From Phoronis australis (Eukaryota; Animalia; Phoronida): 64,000 nt of DNA. Below, in pieces: positions 37,701 through 51,700 of the stretch (position 1 is the first letter of the stretch; each line of letters opens with the position of its first letter). A model generated the notes under the pieces. That model made no database searches, had not been told where the DNA came from, and saw only the letters and a list, made by a program, of their open reading frames with translations. The position numbers and the translations under genes were made by a program. The stretch is taken from NCBI GenBank assembly GCA_002633005.1, contig NMRA01000041.1, positions 1,059,294-1,123,293 on the forward strand, in the 5' to 3' direction.

Positions 37701-38190
37701 TAAGACATTAATATTATTTAGCACCTGAAGCACAAGGTGGGTCATTTTTTCTTCAATTTCTACCTTTTGCTTAATTACCCTAGAAACAGATTTGGACATA
37801 TTTGTTAGTGATGTTGTCACTGGCCCTGACCAAAGTTATTCTAGTTGAAAACTAACATGTCCATCAAGAGGTGTAGTCACTGTTATGAGCCAAATATACA
37901 TTCTAATATGCTGATAAAAATATATTGACAAAGTAATATCACACTGGATAAGTCTTGTCATTTGTTGCAAAACCATAAGAATGGTATCATTCATTCACAA
38001 TAGGGCCTCTGAAGTTTGCTTAAAACATGCAACTGTCCACAATTGATTTACTGAGCTAGTATTGTTCAAGGAAATTGAAGTGTATACACAAGTGATTTGT
38101 CAGAGATTGACTGTGGGTTTGTTTAAAAGGTAGCTATGCTTTGAGATTGTGCGTAGATGGAAAGTGAATAATCAAATCCAGTAATTAATT

Positions 38191-39170
38191 TGTTATATGA
38201 TAAGCCCTAATTAGACAAGTGAAACCTGTGTTAATTAAGTAATCAACTACAAAGAATAGTAACTACACTAGCGTCTTCTTTAAAGATTACCTCAATCAAT
38301 CAATCAACTAAAATAATCAAATGCCTTATCTGCCATCCAAGCTAGGACTCTCCCCTTGTTGGATGACTGTCCTGTTGATGAATCTTCGAACTACACACAC
38401 TGTATAGCGACAGTGTACTTGCTGGTCACTGTATCTGGTGATGCAACACTTGCAGGCAATTTCTTCTGCCGCGATTCTTCTTGCTGGTCACAGTCTCTGG
38501 CTGGTGACACAACACTTCAGGTAGTATCTTACTACCCACGATGCAAGTGACAAGCTTTTAGTTAAATTCCTGTTCGTTGACCCTTTCCCGTATTAAATAC
38601 TTTCTAGAATCTTCCACGAGATGGCTCTGTCGTACAATTTCCTCTGTACTCTGTAGCAAGTCTTTATGCTTCAACTACTATAGTTCATCTGAATTTCTTT
38701 TTGACTTAAGCCCATATTATAATATTCTATTTATTTGGTGATTGAATAATAAAAACCACATGATCATATCCAATCATATCATTGGCTGTTACAGATTGTT
38801 CTCAGAATACTATAGAATCTGTAGAGTACTTTGACCCTAGAACCCAAAATTGTAAACACCATCTAAAAATAGATTTTGACGTTAAAATCCATGTCAACTA
38901 GTCTGACCCCATGATTTAAAAGTACATATGAACAAATTTTGGCCAACTTAAAATGGACCTATTCTCACTAATTACTTGATCAATATTCATTCTGACATGA
39001 TTAATTGTCTTTGATATGCCTAAACACTATCCTCATGTATTCTCAAACTGCTATTTGTTACCGTTTTCTTGTTTCCTCTGAAATGGAGTGATTTTCAGCT
39101 TTGAACCCTTATCACTAAGTATCTTATTAATTAAAAATATTTTGTCAGCCATCACATTGCCCCCTTGTTC
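38191..39170 (-). mobile_element. Possible 3' LTR of a Gypsy-like element with polypurine tract
   Basis: On the minus strand AAGGGGGCAA (PPT-like) is immediately followed by TGTGATG at 39156. The far end is approximate, and no pol motifs were recognised. Confidence 0.35.
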
Positions 39171-42100
39171 TAGTAAATCAGTTTAGTATAGCTACATCGT
39201 ATATTGAGCCTGCCTACAGTGACGATACAAATGTCACTGAGCCACGCGAAGCTATATCCAACTAGGATTTTAATGCTGTGAAGAACATTTTGAGTTTGTC
39301 ACCATTCACCAGTGAGTTGGCTGTAGATTTGCCCACGTCAATATTTTCCCACTTTCTGTTGCTACTGAGCAATTGAAACGTTCTGACAAATTTTGTTCCA
39401 GCAATCCTTATATGAAGCTACAGAAAAACGAAAAATTCATCAAGGGACTATAATTAATACACCCAGGTCTGCCAACTCTGCTAATATACCCCAGTTTAAC
39501 TTCCAATACAGCAAGTGGTTGCATACTATTCATATAATTTTATGCATTCGTGTACTAGGAGAATATCTACGTGCTTAACAAGAAATTGAACTTTTCAGAT
39601 TCAAAACGGTTTTCAGTGTATAAAAATTATGAAATTCAGGGGTTCACCAGTGTTTGCATCATTGCATTACTGCTTGTTTTACTGTGAAATGATTCATTCA
39701 TGAACTTGAGAGGGTATGGGTGTCACCTGCAGTTTTCTGTAATATATACAAATCTATATGACTGTCTTAAGTCCAGCCTGACACCTCAAGCAGTCTCTGT
39801 GAAGTCTCGGTTTTTGAGACTGAGTTTGTAGAACATTCAAAGTTTGTCATTCTCTTTAAATTCCAGAAATTATTTATTTAAAATAAAGTTCTACTTTGGA
39901 GAAGTTCAAAGTGCTACTAGGAAATGATGTGCTTGAAAGTTACTAGCTATTCAAGCATCACGACCACTGGTGATACACTAAAGAGTAAAGTCGACTAGAG
40001 AAGATATCAGATTGTGTCATAATTTACTTGTAAAATTGGCCCATTGTATCTGTAAATCTTCACTGGCCAATTTCTTATCAATTCTTAGTCAGTAAGATAT
40101 TGATGAAATGAAATTGCTTTGTTTCTTTTTTGGTTATCTGTTCTGCAAGAGTCACAGCAGTGTGCAATTGTTTATGTAAAGATTCACTGTAAACAGACAG
40201 CTTCCTGTAGACTGGTCAGTACTAGCCTCCTTCTGGGATTGGAATGTGAGTCATGCATAACTTTTGAGAAAGGCCAGGATTTTTGGAATTACAGTATGAC
40301 AAGCTGCACACGCCACATGTCAACGGAATTTTGAAGACTTTAAAGTACCTGAAGCAAATACTATTTGTTAGATTAAAATGTACCAAAACCAGTAGGAGAC
40401 ATGAAAAATGAAGAAAATAGCAACTCATGTACACAAATATGGAAATAATACTCTTTAACAACAAAAAATCGGGTTCAGCTGATGTACGAAAGACTTATGG
40501 CTGGTATGTTTAAACTAGTAGTAGTGTTTGAAAAATCCAAAAACGGTTGCTATGACAACTAGTACAAATAATCCTGTCAGCTACTTCTTCAACAACATAA
40601 ACGCTAGATAAAACGCATACTACAGAATCACTTGTATGAAGCAAATACTTTTGTTTCGCTTTGTGAAAGGTGGGCTATAATTACCTTCAACTGTACCATA
40701 ATCTTAGAACTGAAATATTAAAGGAGTTGTCACAACAGTCGATATGCATGTTCATCACAGGTAACAAAGGCAAGGCTAGTGTCAGGGTTCAACTTGTTTT
40801 TGTGGACAGAAGTACAGGATTCTTTGGATTAATTTTAAGTGTAATTAGCATTCGAAGACACATCACCGTTTGCTCATCTGTGCCCGGCTACATGAAAGTT
40901 ATACGTAAGATAGCAACAAGGACGTCAAGGACGTCACACTAACATGCTTCACGTTGGTGTTGTTTAACAAAGTGCTTGACCAAATTAATACAGGGTGCCG
41001 GTAAGTTTCAAAGTTTTATGTAACCCAGCATTGGTTTTGTATTATTGTTCATGCAATTTAATTTAGAAATATGGCATTTTAATGCTTTTTTAAAAACATG
41101 TAGAAACTGTCGACAAAACGTTGCAAATAATTTAGTTGGGAAAGGTTTTTTCCATTTTCTCAAAATATTATAATTGCCCACTGCTTTTTCCAATCTCACT
41201 TCCTTTTTTCTCAAACACGATTAACTTAATTTGTACCATTATTTTCAAAATCGTGAATTAATAATAAAAACAGTGCTATTGTCTTTTGACTTTTTGATTT
41301 TCGCATTTTGGGACTTGACATAATGTGCTGTATTTGAACCTAATTTCAAGTTCATGTAAAAAAATATTTACGTGTTAGGTGGCAATGTCAACAGGAAACT
41401 TAGCAAGGTGACAAAGTAATTGTAGACTTATTAATTTGCTGCGGAAATAGTAATTGTCAGTAACTTTTCTGTTAACAGAATTAGCCGTCATGACAGGAAA
41501 ACGATAATTTGTCTTATTACCATCGTCTTTTACCTGACTCATATGAGTAATTTTGTACAAAACAACAGCATCAAAGTAAAGTTTTGTTGTTTTGACTAAC
41601 TGTTTCCTGTTGTTTATTTGCGGCCCGTGCCTTTGCTGGCTACCCAGTCATATAGCTTGGTATATTTTTGTATGTATGTATGTATGTATGCTTCTCTCTG
41701 TCTTACATGGCTCACTCAAGAACTTTGAATTTGTTAATGCAGCATGCCATGAATTCCCACTTATAAGGTAATGTATTGATGGACTTATATTCTAGTAAAA
41801 TGACATCATTCCCCTTTCAAGTTTTATTAACAGACATTTCATTTCGATTAAAGGGCTATCATTTCCATTGTACCGTTTGCAACTAGTGCCGGTTTTTATG
41901 ATTCAATTCAATATTTTCAAATAGTGGTTTTAGTCTGCCAATACTTTATTAATTGTGCTGGTAGAGAACATGACCGATTGGCAAAAATGATTAGAAAAAT
42001 AACACCTGGTTTTATATCCGAAGGAATGCGTTGTTACAACTAACGGTCAAATGAGTACACAAATCTGAATCGCTTGAGCTGAGGTGTCGTTAGCAAATGA

Positions 42101-42938
42101 TTAGAATGGTATCATGTGATTAGTTGGATACACAAGAGTTATCAGGCTAAATGACAACTTATGAATCAAGTAAAAACAGAATAGACAAATTAACTGACAC
42201 ATACCAATGTCTACTGAATCAACAGAATGTGAACATTACTAGCTGTCTTCCCGCTAGTGAATTTTGAATAAATATAGACAACGTTCTATATTTAATCGCA
42301 TTGCAAAGTTGAACTGTATCAAGGGCTGACACATATGTAACAGAGTTCGTATGGAATTAAAATTACCGGTTTAAGTAATGACCAATAATCACTACAATCA
42401 CGGGTGGCTTCCATGAAGCGGATATACTGGAAGTGTGTTTGTTTAAAGCGTGATGGCAATTTCTGGGTTCTGGTGTTTTTTCAGATTTGAATAGATGTGA
42501 TGACGCAGAGGAAGCTGTTGAAAATGACTTTCCGTTTAAACTCGCAACATCCTGACTAACAGGAATGATTGTTTCACTGTATCACAGTGTAGATATCTAA
42601 AACTTAGTAAAGAACGGAGTATTTATTTTTGTTTACGGTTACTCTCTTAAGGGAGATTACGTAGTTGGTCCACCAACGAAGTGGGGTTGGTGGACCTCCT
42701 GTATAATTTGACGGCCGATGGTTACTGGCGGGAGCTGACGATAACTTTCGAGTGAAAATATCTTGGAAACCAGAAAGCCCAATATGCTCAGACTTCCCTG
42801 TCAATAAACTTAGCTTTATAGATGTTTTTATCCGTTACACTTGCAGTTAACTTAAGTTAAACTCAACACTATTAGCAGTGCAATTTACTTGACCACGTGT
42901 TCAAAACGGCCGTTGACAGTGTCGTTACCTTTTCTTAA

Positions 42939-44552
42939 AGGAGAATGCCACCCGATTTAATTAGTCTTTTTGCCGTCTTAATCGGTCTATATCCACATCG
43001 CCTCGCATACGGTAGACCTTACCTTGCCAAGAGGTGTCGCGTTAACCTGTGAGGAAGGTGAGAAAAGACGCTAGCGACGTCAGTGGTTCATATGCAGAAT
43101 GAATGCCGCTACGTTGCGGTGCATCGTTCCCGCTAGTCCGAACTAAGCAGCTGCGAGGAAAGCGGGTATATCGTTTTTTTACTTCCTCGAGAGTCCGAAA
43201 TGCTTAGGAAGTGGCTCATGGTAGTGAAGAATAAATAGCAACTATGAGGCCGTGAAACATCTCCGTGTCTGTGGCCTGCAGTCGACAATGCCTGACGAAT
43301 GCCGGCTTACCAAATAACTCCATACGTTCCGTTGTCTGAGCTTGTTCACGGCGCCTCTCTAGTATTTATTCATCACTGTATTCCTGTTCGAATTGATAGC
43401 CTGTAAAACTTAACGCTCCACCTGCGAAGTCGGGGCTGATGAGCTCTAGCTTGTCCGAAGTCGGGATTGGGAGTTGCCATGTTGGCGGTTATTACTGCGC
43501 GTTCTGTTTCAAAATGAATTATTCTCACCCTGACCAACTGAAACAAAGTCTGTCTCTTTAGATGCAATTTGTAATGCCTTTGGAGTGTTTGTGAGTGCAA
43601 ATGATTTGAGAAGCCAGCAATGAATAAATCACTGCGTTACCGGTTTTAGGTGCAATAAAACTAATTGACGGGACACAGAGGCCGTGTGAGCTCATGCTAA
43701 GTTAATGTTTGCTGGCAGAAACTGTTGTGAAACAACTCGATTTCCATCCCACGGCCAGGTGTTAGGGGAACCTTTATTTACGTTTACATTACTCAAATAA
43801 TGATTGTCAATGTACAACTTCTGCCCTGATGGTGCTGTGGCGGCCAAAGCGGAACCGGAGTGAATTCGGCCCCGACCAGTAAGTAGATTTGTAGTTTCGT
43901 GGCTAATTCACCAACATAATCACGTGCACATTACTTTGGCTCACTAGCATAGTATTTTCTTGACTCGAAGTTTAGTTTCCACTGAAGTTTGGCTGGTTTA
44001 TGTTCGCGATGTCTGATCAGTTTCCGAGCCACTGGCCGGGATAACTCAAGTCAATCCGGCCGGCCGCGACGGGCCTGATCGGGCTCCGAGCCACTGGCCA
44101 GGATAACAAGCGTTTTGTGTTTAGAACTCAAAAAATCACAAGTCTAAACAACACAGATCTAGGTTTTCCTGTCTGTATCTCACGGAAAATACTTCGAAAT
44201 TATCTCCGAACAGACCCCAAACTCCTGCTACGGACCTTACTAGCCTGCCGAACATTGTAGGCTACGGTGTGTCCAAACAACACGTTTTTATAAGAAATCG
44301 GTGTATTTTTAAGGGTTTTACATCGAAGTTTGCTGGTGTTAAACCATGACTTTAAGCGATAAGCTGACACCAGTAACGCCTGTTGTGAACTGATGAACAG
44401 ACTTCGTGTGAAACCGATGACGTCATTGGATAATTTCAACACCTCCGTCTACCATCAGGTGTCAGGTAACGCAACCGTACGTGTCGTTATGAAGTAGAAC
44501 TACTCGATCTAAATTGATACAAATCAGGTTGTTTTTTGGGTGGCATGATCCT
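42939..44552 (+). mobile_element. Kolobok-like non-autonomous element with degenerate THAP domain
   Basis: TTAA-AGGAGAATGCCACCC ... GGGTGGCATGATCCT-TTAA. Frameshifted MPLRC...ISFFLLPRESEMLRKWLMVVK...KHLRVCGL at ~43103-43280. Confidence 0.8.
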
Positions 44553-44634
44553 TTAAGGCCCAAGGCAACAAGTGTTTTGATGGGTGTCTTAAAATTTCCC
44601 TATTATGGTAAATCATCTGAGAGGGAGATAATTA

Positions 44635-45083
44635 CCCGTTCCAAACGCCGTAACTCCATTCAAGAGTGTACTAAATTCAATCCGTTACCTGCTTGTAAGT
44701 CACTGTAATAATTTACAACAATACTTTATACAGTGTAACACTCTTCAACAAGCCCACAATGAGATGGCCTTTTCCTTGAGCAACGAGAAGTCGCGAGACC
44801 TGAGAGTTCTGGGATAGCTGTACTTTCATCTGAGGCGGCCATTTTGTAAATTTGTCGCGAAATACAGATTGCCGCTAGTCTCGAAGCTGAATATAAGCGA
44901 AAATCTTGGCAACAAGAGTTAACATCGACTTCATCCTGGAGCCCACTGTAACACGCATGTAGGACTCGTTGAAGAGTGTTACGTTGTATAATTTTATTGT
45001 AGTAATATATTACAGTAAGCTGCAAGCATGTAACGGGTAGCATTTAATAGACTCTTGAATTTAGTTACCGCGCTTGGAACGTG
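44635..45083. mobile_element. Foldback MITE with ~125-bp diverged TIRs
   Basis: CCCGTTCCAAACGCCGTAACT...GTAACACTCTTCAAC versus GTTGAAGAGTGTTAC...AGTTACCGCGCTTGGAACGTG. Confidence 0.8.
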
Positions 45084-45952
45084 ATTGAAGTGATGGCAGT
45101 GTATTTTCATACATTACCCGTTTCATGTAACCTTTTCAAGGAACATTGTATGGTACAGATTATTTTATCTGTCAAAAAGTAAGTCTGTTGAGCATTCTTA
45201 TCGCAGAGTCCTTACCTGATCGCCTTGGGCGTCGACAGGTGATGTATTGGCTATTGTGTGAGAATTGCTCTTTCGTTTTCATTATATCATTTTGAATTTA
45301 CAGTTAAAACATTTGTCGTATATGGTATGACAAAATTTCCGTTTATAAGCTTCATTTTTCAAACACAGCTGGCTTATATCTGGGGGTACTTGAACGGTAA
45401 AACACGTGACATTTTTATCATACGCCCTGGCGCTTACTGTTGGAAAATCTCGATATTGTCCGTAAACGGTTGGTTCAAGTGAACAACCCGAATTGCTATC
45501 CTACATTGGACAGTCAAGGATGAGGACGTGTAAATAAGCTGAACTTAAAAAGCATGCTTCTACAACCTTAACTGGTGTAAATCGAGTCATAATCCAGGTT
45601 ATAAACGCAGGTTGTGAAGACTATGATCACTGCTCACAATATCACTCAAACAAAACACTTTGTTTTGGCAATGTCCTTCAACAGTTAAAGCTCATTGGTT
45701 TTAGTTATAGTACAGCCGAGTTTCTAATTTTGAATCCTATAATGAGGACGAAATACATCTTCCTTTGCAGTACACGAAGCCGCGGAAGTACAATTTTAAC
45801 CGTTGCGCAATACTAGGAAGATTTATTTGCCCGCCGGAGCGGGTGAGCTAGCTGTCAGTAATAAAATGTTAACTTAGTTTACGTGTTTCGTCAGAGACTA
45901 GAAAGTTATTGTTAAGTGTACACTGGTTATATGTGAGTACTATATAAATATT

Positions 45953-47512
45953 ATGTATGTATGTATGTATGTATGTATGCATGCATGTATGTGTGTATGT
46001 ATGTATGTAGTATGTATGAATGTATGCATGTACATGTATATACTTGAGAATGAAACAAGTATGTTTCGAAATATCGTGTACCTTTTAATCATGTCTCTTG
46101 GTCAGTTACTTCGTCAATGTTCCGCCGGTTGAGTGTAGAACTTTATTCCGAGCATACGAACCGAGCGGAATAAAGACAGTTAATAACGAAAAGTATCGTG
46201 TGTCCAATCAATTTTGCATATATGTATATATGTATGTATGTATGCATGCATGTATATGTGTATTTGTGTTTGTATGTGCGTGTGTGTGTGCGTGCGTGTG
46301 TGAGTGTATGCATGACTGTATGCTTGTATGCATGTATGTATGTATATATGTATGTATATGTGTATGTATTTATGTATTTGCGTTTGTATGTGTGTGTTTG
46401 TATGTGAGTGCGTGTGTGTATGTATGCTTGTTTGTATATAAGTATTACGTGTGTATGTATGTATGCATGAATGTATATGTGTATTTGTGTGTGCGTGTGT
46501 GTGCGTGCGTGTGTGAGTGTATGCATGACTGTATGCTTGTATGTATGCATGCATGTATGTATATATGTATGTATGTATATGTGTATTTATTTGTGTATTT
46601 GCGTTTGTATGTGTGTGTTTGTATGTGAGTGCGTGTGTGTATGTATGCTTGTATGTATATAAGTATTACGTGTGTATGTATGTATGCATGTATATATGTA
46701 TGTATATGTGTATTTATTTGTGTATTTGCGTTTGTATGTGTGTGTTTGTATGTGAGTGCGTGTGTGTATGTATGCCTGTATGTATATAAGTATTACGTGT
46801 GTATGTATGTATGCATGAATGTATATGTGTATTTGTGTGTGCGTGTGTGTGCGTGCGTGTGTGAGTGTATGCATGACTGTATGCTTGTATGTATGCATGC
46901 ATGTATGTATATATGTATGTATATGTGTATTTATTTGTGTATTTGCGTTTGTATATGTGTGTTTGTATGTGAGTGCGTGTGTGTATGTATGCCTGTATGT
47001 ATATAAGTATTACGTGTGTATGTATGTATGCATGAATGTATATGTGTATTTGTGTGTGCGTGTGTGTGCGTGCGTGTGTGAGTGTATGCATGACTGTATG
47101 CTTGTATGTATGCATGCATGTATGTATATATGTATGTATATGTGTATTTATTTGTGTATTTGCGTTTGTATATGTGTGTTTGTATGTGAGTGCGTGTGTG
47201 TATGTATGCTTGTATGTATATAAGTATTACGTGTGTATGTATGTATGTATGTATGCATGTATGTATATGTGTATTTGTGTTTGTGTGTGCGTGTGTGTGT
47301 GAGTGTATGCATGACTATATGCTTGTATGTATGCATGTATGTATGTATATATGTATGTACGTATTTGTGTATTTGCGTTTGTATGTGTGTGTGTATGTGT
47401 GTGCGTGCGTGTATGTATGCTTGTATGTATAAAAGTATTACGTGTGTTTGTATGTATGTATGTATGCATGTATGTATGTATGTATAAGTTTATGTATGTT
47501 TGTATGTATATA
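45953..47512. repeat. Compound (TATG/TG/TGCG) microsatellite with ~217-bp higher-order repeat
   Basis: Marker AAGTATTACGTGTG starts at 46440, 46661, 46788, 47005, 47222 and 47433. Confidence 0.95.
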
Positions 47513-47520
47513 TAATGGTT

Positions 47521-48724
47521 TAGGCAATGGGGAACTTCGGTTTACCGAGGCTTCGTCGAAACTCCGATTACTTTTCCGACTAGACAGTGATATCGAAGTT
47601 TTCTCTAAGATACCAGACGGCGCAGTTTATTCGTACTTTCACACGAAAATTGAGTAGTGGGTTCGAGGATAAGTGAAAATTGTTCTCTTGTCATTTACGA
47701 GTGTTTTTGAAATGGTAATTGTCATTTTTCATCAGATATGCTTTCTTTTATTTTTATCCAACGCGCGTTGAATCTGTCGAGGGAAATACGGCCATGAAAT
47801 AAAGTTATCCGTATTCACCTCCCGCACTACTTCAACAGCGACCTCTGACATGGAAAGTTCTAAAGGTAGGTCAATGTCGACTCGACGTCTTCAGCCGGTT
47901 CGATCATCAAACTTTCCGAATATAGTTTAAAGTAATACAGTTGCAACAGTGTAACTGACATTCGACATGCAACCAGGCCCTTATCGTAAAATCTGGAACA
48001 AAACTATTAATTGCAAGACACTTATGTCTCAGTTTTCAATTGCTGCAACTCAGGCGCCGATTACTAGGGAATTAAAATATCAAATACTGTTGTTTTTTAA
48101 CTTTTTCCAGGAGACGTTACAAGTTTTCTGCTCAGTTGTCGTTGTTTTCATCTTTGCTACCTCTTTTCAAGAAACAATTCGTTACTTTTAAAACTGTTTC
48201 TTTTACAAGAGAAAACTTACAACCTAACGCACATACATATAGGATGTGATCCGCCATGTGAACAGTCTCGGTGAAGTATTTGAAAAATCTGCCGCAAAAA
48301 TGTAAGAAACTTAGGAATTCGAAGCGCATGGGATAAATACACTCAATCTTATTCCGCGTATCGACCGGGACCGAAGGTCGAGGTCGATACGCGGAATAAT
48401 GTCTCGTGGGATATTACTTCATGTACGCCACTCTCGGTACGTTTTGTGTATATATTTACGTGAGTCTATTGAGAGCACGTCGTCAACGCTGCAATAACAC
48501 ACGTTTGACGAGTCTAGCGTGATCGTATATTGTTGCCGCGACTTCTACCGATAACTTCGACGAAGTTTCGCTCTAACCTTTCCCACTACTCCGAAGTTTA
48601 GGCGAGTATCGAAGCTTGGCTTTTAAGTCTTACTATTTGCAGCGAAGTTTCGCCTGCAGATCAACTACCGGAGTTAACCTTTCTCACTTACCGAAACTTC
48701 GGTAAAAGCGAAGTTTCGCCTCTA
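47521..48724. mobile_element. Old TIR element with CGAAGTTTCG-type subterminal repeats
   Basis: GAACTTCGGTTTACCGAGGCTTCG (left) versus CGAAACTTCGGTAAAAGCGAAGTTTCG (right). Confidence 0.55.
48349..48399. repeat. Strong hairpin
   Basis: TTATTCCGCGTATCGACC-GG-GACC-GAA-GGTC-GA-GGTCGATACGCGGAATAA: perfect 18-bp outer stem plus 4-bp inner stem. Confidence 0.9.
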
Positions 48725-51700
48725 ATGGGGAAAGCGACTTTAAATAGTTCAAGCTGTCCGTCTCAACCGACTTCATCTAACAATTGCGTATCATAATTTC
48801 GATTATGACCAATGACGCACAGGTATTCTATTGCTTGCAATTAACATCGCGGATACAATCCACGAGAGTTTAATTTATCTTGGAATACGCCTTCACTTCT
48901 GTTGAACCATTTGCTCGAACACTAGGATTTTTTGTAATTGAAATCGGTACATGGTTTTTGTAACAAAGCAAATTTATTTCACTTAACAGTTTAATACACA
49001 GCAATTAAAAGGAGATTCATAAAAGACATTTGCCTTGATATCTAAGAATCAGTTTTAACGATGACAGTAAGTTCTTTACTCGATAAAGCTGTAAAAACGC
49101 GCTCCATTGGCAAGTCTCAAGTTCTCATTACAGACATGCGACGAACTGATTTTGCGCGAAGATGAATATTCAAACCGCTGTCTACCACTTACTCAAAATC
49201 TCATAACAAAAAAGGGAAATAGATAAAAGCAGTACGTGATTAGATCCGGCGTAATAAAGTCTTTAAGACGTTATATAAATCATCTCTCTTTCATTAAAAT
49301 AGTGACAGTAAACGTATACTTGTGCGTTCCTGAAATAGGTTGTCAGTAAGGTTGTAAATTTCGCAGTTATTAGATTTCTCGATAATGCCCACACAACAGG
49401 ACACTTTATAAACACGACCTCTGATTTGACGGGGATATTTTACGTTTTCAGTGAATGCGTTGTGCGTTTTTAATCCCTAAGCTACGCTTTCATTTTTTCT
49501 CAAAATTCACAAAAGTCCTGTTTAAGCGAACCTCCCTGTCGGCACTTCCCAAGGACTGCCACTTTAATGTAAGAAGAGGACACGGGATGCTCGTTTCATT
49601 TCACGGTTTGTTGCTCAGGTTTCGAACTCTGAGAGAGAGTCTGTGTGTACAAAACCTTGGGCGCATATAAGCAAATTACATTGTTTTGGCACTTTTCTCT
49701 GGTACTGTAAGAGTGCACCACTGCTTGTTTTTGCTTAACTAGAGAAATGGAAAGGATTACACGAGAAATACGGCATAACAGTCCACATGACGTACATTTG
49801 CGCAATTCAATAGCACTTATGTGCAATTAAGTAATATGGTTAAAACGCGTTAGGTCCAAGAGGCGTACTTTTAAATTGTTTATTCACCTCTATGGAATTG
49901 ATCTCAATCTTTTCCGTACTCAAATGAGAAGCGGATCATGAATTTGGTGGAAATTGCTTTTTCATGCTCGACGCATAGAACGACTCGCCGGGACAAAAGC
50001 AAGTCAACTTGTATGGATTGGTTTCAAACAATAACGAACTGACAATTCTTTAGAAACCATGAAAACTCATACAATTAAATTCGAAACAATTTGATACTAA
50101 CGGTAAATTGTTTAAATTAAGAGTTGTATTTAGTGATGGAAGGCGGGCTTCTTGCCGCTTTATCGCACGTGGAAGTAAACATGTTCTGTCTCTCAAGAAT
50201 TACATCTTTATTCAGAACAGATTAATCTTGGTGAACCAAGCATAAAAATTTATATCTTGTTTCATAAAATGCGCCCACATTTTTATAATTAGAAACAATT
50301 CCGAACATAGATCGATCGGTGTCAATGTAAGGTGACCTGTTTTCAGAAATTCCCCATGCTGTGTACGACATTTTGAAGACATTTCAGCAAAACACCGTAA
50401 AATAACACCATATATTTTATGCATGTCCCTTTCCGTGCACTTAAATTCCCTATTAATCTTAACTATAAAGAGGCGATGACGCCACGCCTTTAATCAATAA
50501 GCAGCTTTCGAATTTGTCACTATTCGTTATAAAATCGAACTCATATATCTTACAAATCAGAAATGATTTCTTTGCTTGCTGACTGACAAGCCGCTAGTGT
50601 TCCAGATGAATTAAGACCATGTCGATTAAGTTGTTTGTCAAAATAGTATAGACGTCAAGGGAATCCATGCGATTTGATGTCACCAATTTCATTTTAAACA
50701 AAGGATATGAACGCGATGACGTTGCCGCATTGAAAGAAAACATACACACGTGAAGAAAGTTGGTTTATCTAACACCGGAAAATGAGCGGCTATAAAATGT
50801 GACGTCCACGTAACGTGTTGAGTGCTTGAATGGTTTTCAGCTGACGAACTTTGCGTTTATTTTCACTATAAGTCTTTGACATTTTAAGCCTTCTCTTTAC
50901 TGATGGAAAGTGCTATGCGCAATGAGGAAAGACATTCCATGGTTGAAGATCGCAGGGAGCAGTTAAAGAACTGATGCGCTATTGTTCGTTCAATGCGCAC
51001 GTGACGTCACAAGAATACGTCTTTATAGCTTCGCGATTTTTCAATTTAAAACACACTGTTTGTTCATCGATGAAATGACAAAAGACTCAATGTGGCAAAC
51101 ATCGAAGAAAAAGTAATAAAGGTGAGAGGCAATTTTGTATTCTATTTTGGTATTTTCAACGATTTTATTTTTACCAAGAAATTGTGACTCGATCTATCAT
51201 TTACCTGTTAGTATCTGATAACAAGGTATCATGATCTAACTAACAATAACATTTTATTTCAGACTGTAGTCTCATCATTTTCCAGACTTAGAGTCAGGAG
51301 CACAGGACTAATTTCTAAATATGTTAAGAATTGTTGTAAAATAGTTCGCCATTATACCAGATCAAGAGTTACTTCTGTTTGTAAATTTGCCATTTTTGCT
51401 TGTTCAGTTGTAATGACTCAGTCGTTCGACTGTTCAACGTGTCACACGATCAACTGAGCTAGTGGTTTGACATTTTATAATGCATCGTTGAACGTCTTTA
51501 GAAGCAAGTGGAAATTTTTCATTAATAATTTCATTACTGAAATTCGCCCTCGGGAACAAGGTAAACGATGGTGTTCTTGTAGTTAGTAACTGACCTTGCG
51601 CGTATACCCATAACGATATCAGCAAGTATGAGCGTCACTCCTCACCCAATGAGCAAGTCTGCTACTGAAATGTTTTTGCTCCAGTTACACAAGGACACCA

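Noticed and set aside
44381-44441. Hammerhead-ribozyme-like CTGATGA...GAAA followed by a palindromic stem
   Set aside because: Stem II is weak, an extra A displaces the U16.1/H17 cleavage site, the first stem I pair is mismatched, and it lies within a DNA transposon. An Infernal scan with hammerhead models would settle it.
46098-47657. Many overlapping C/V/M/Y- and H/T/Y/I-rich ORFs
   Set aside because: These are translation artefacts of the stop-poor TATG/TG microsatellite.
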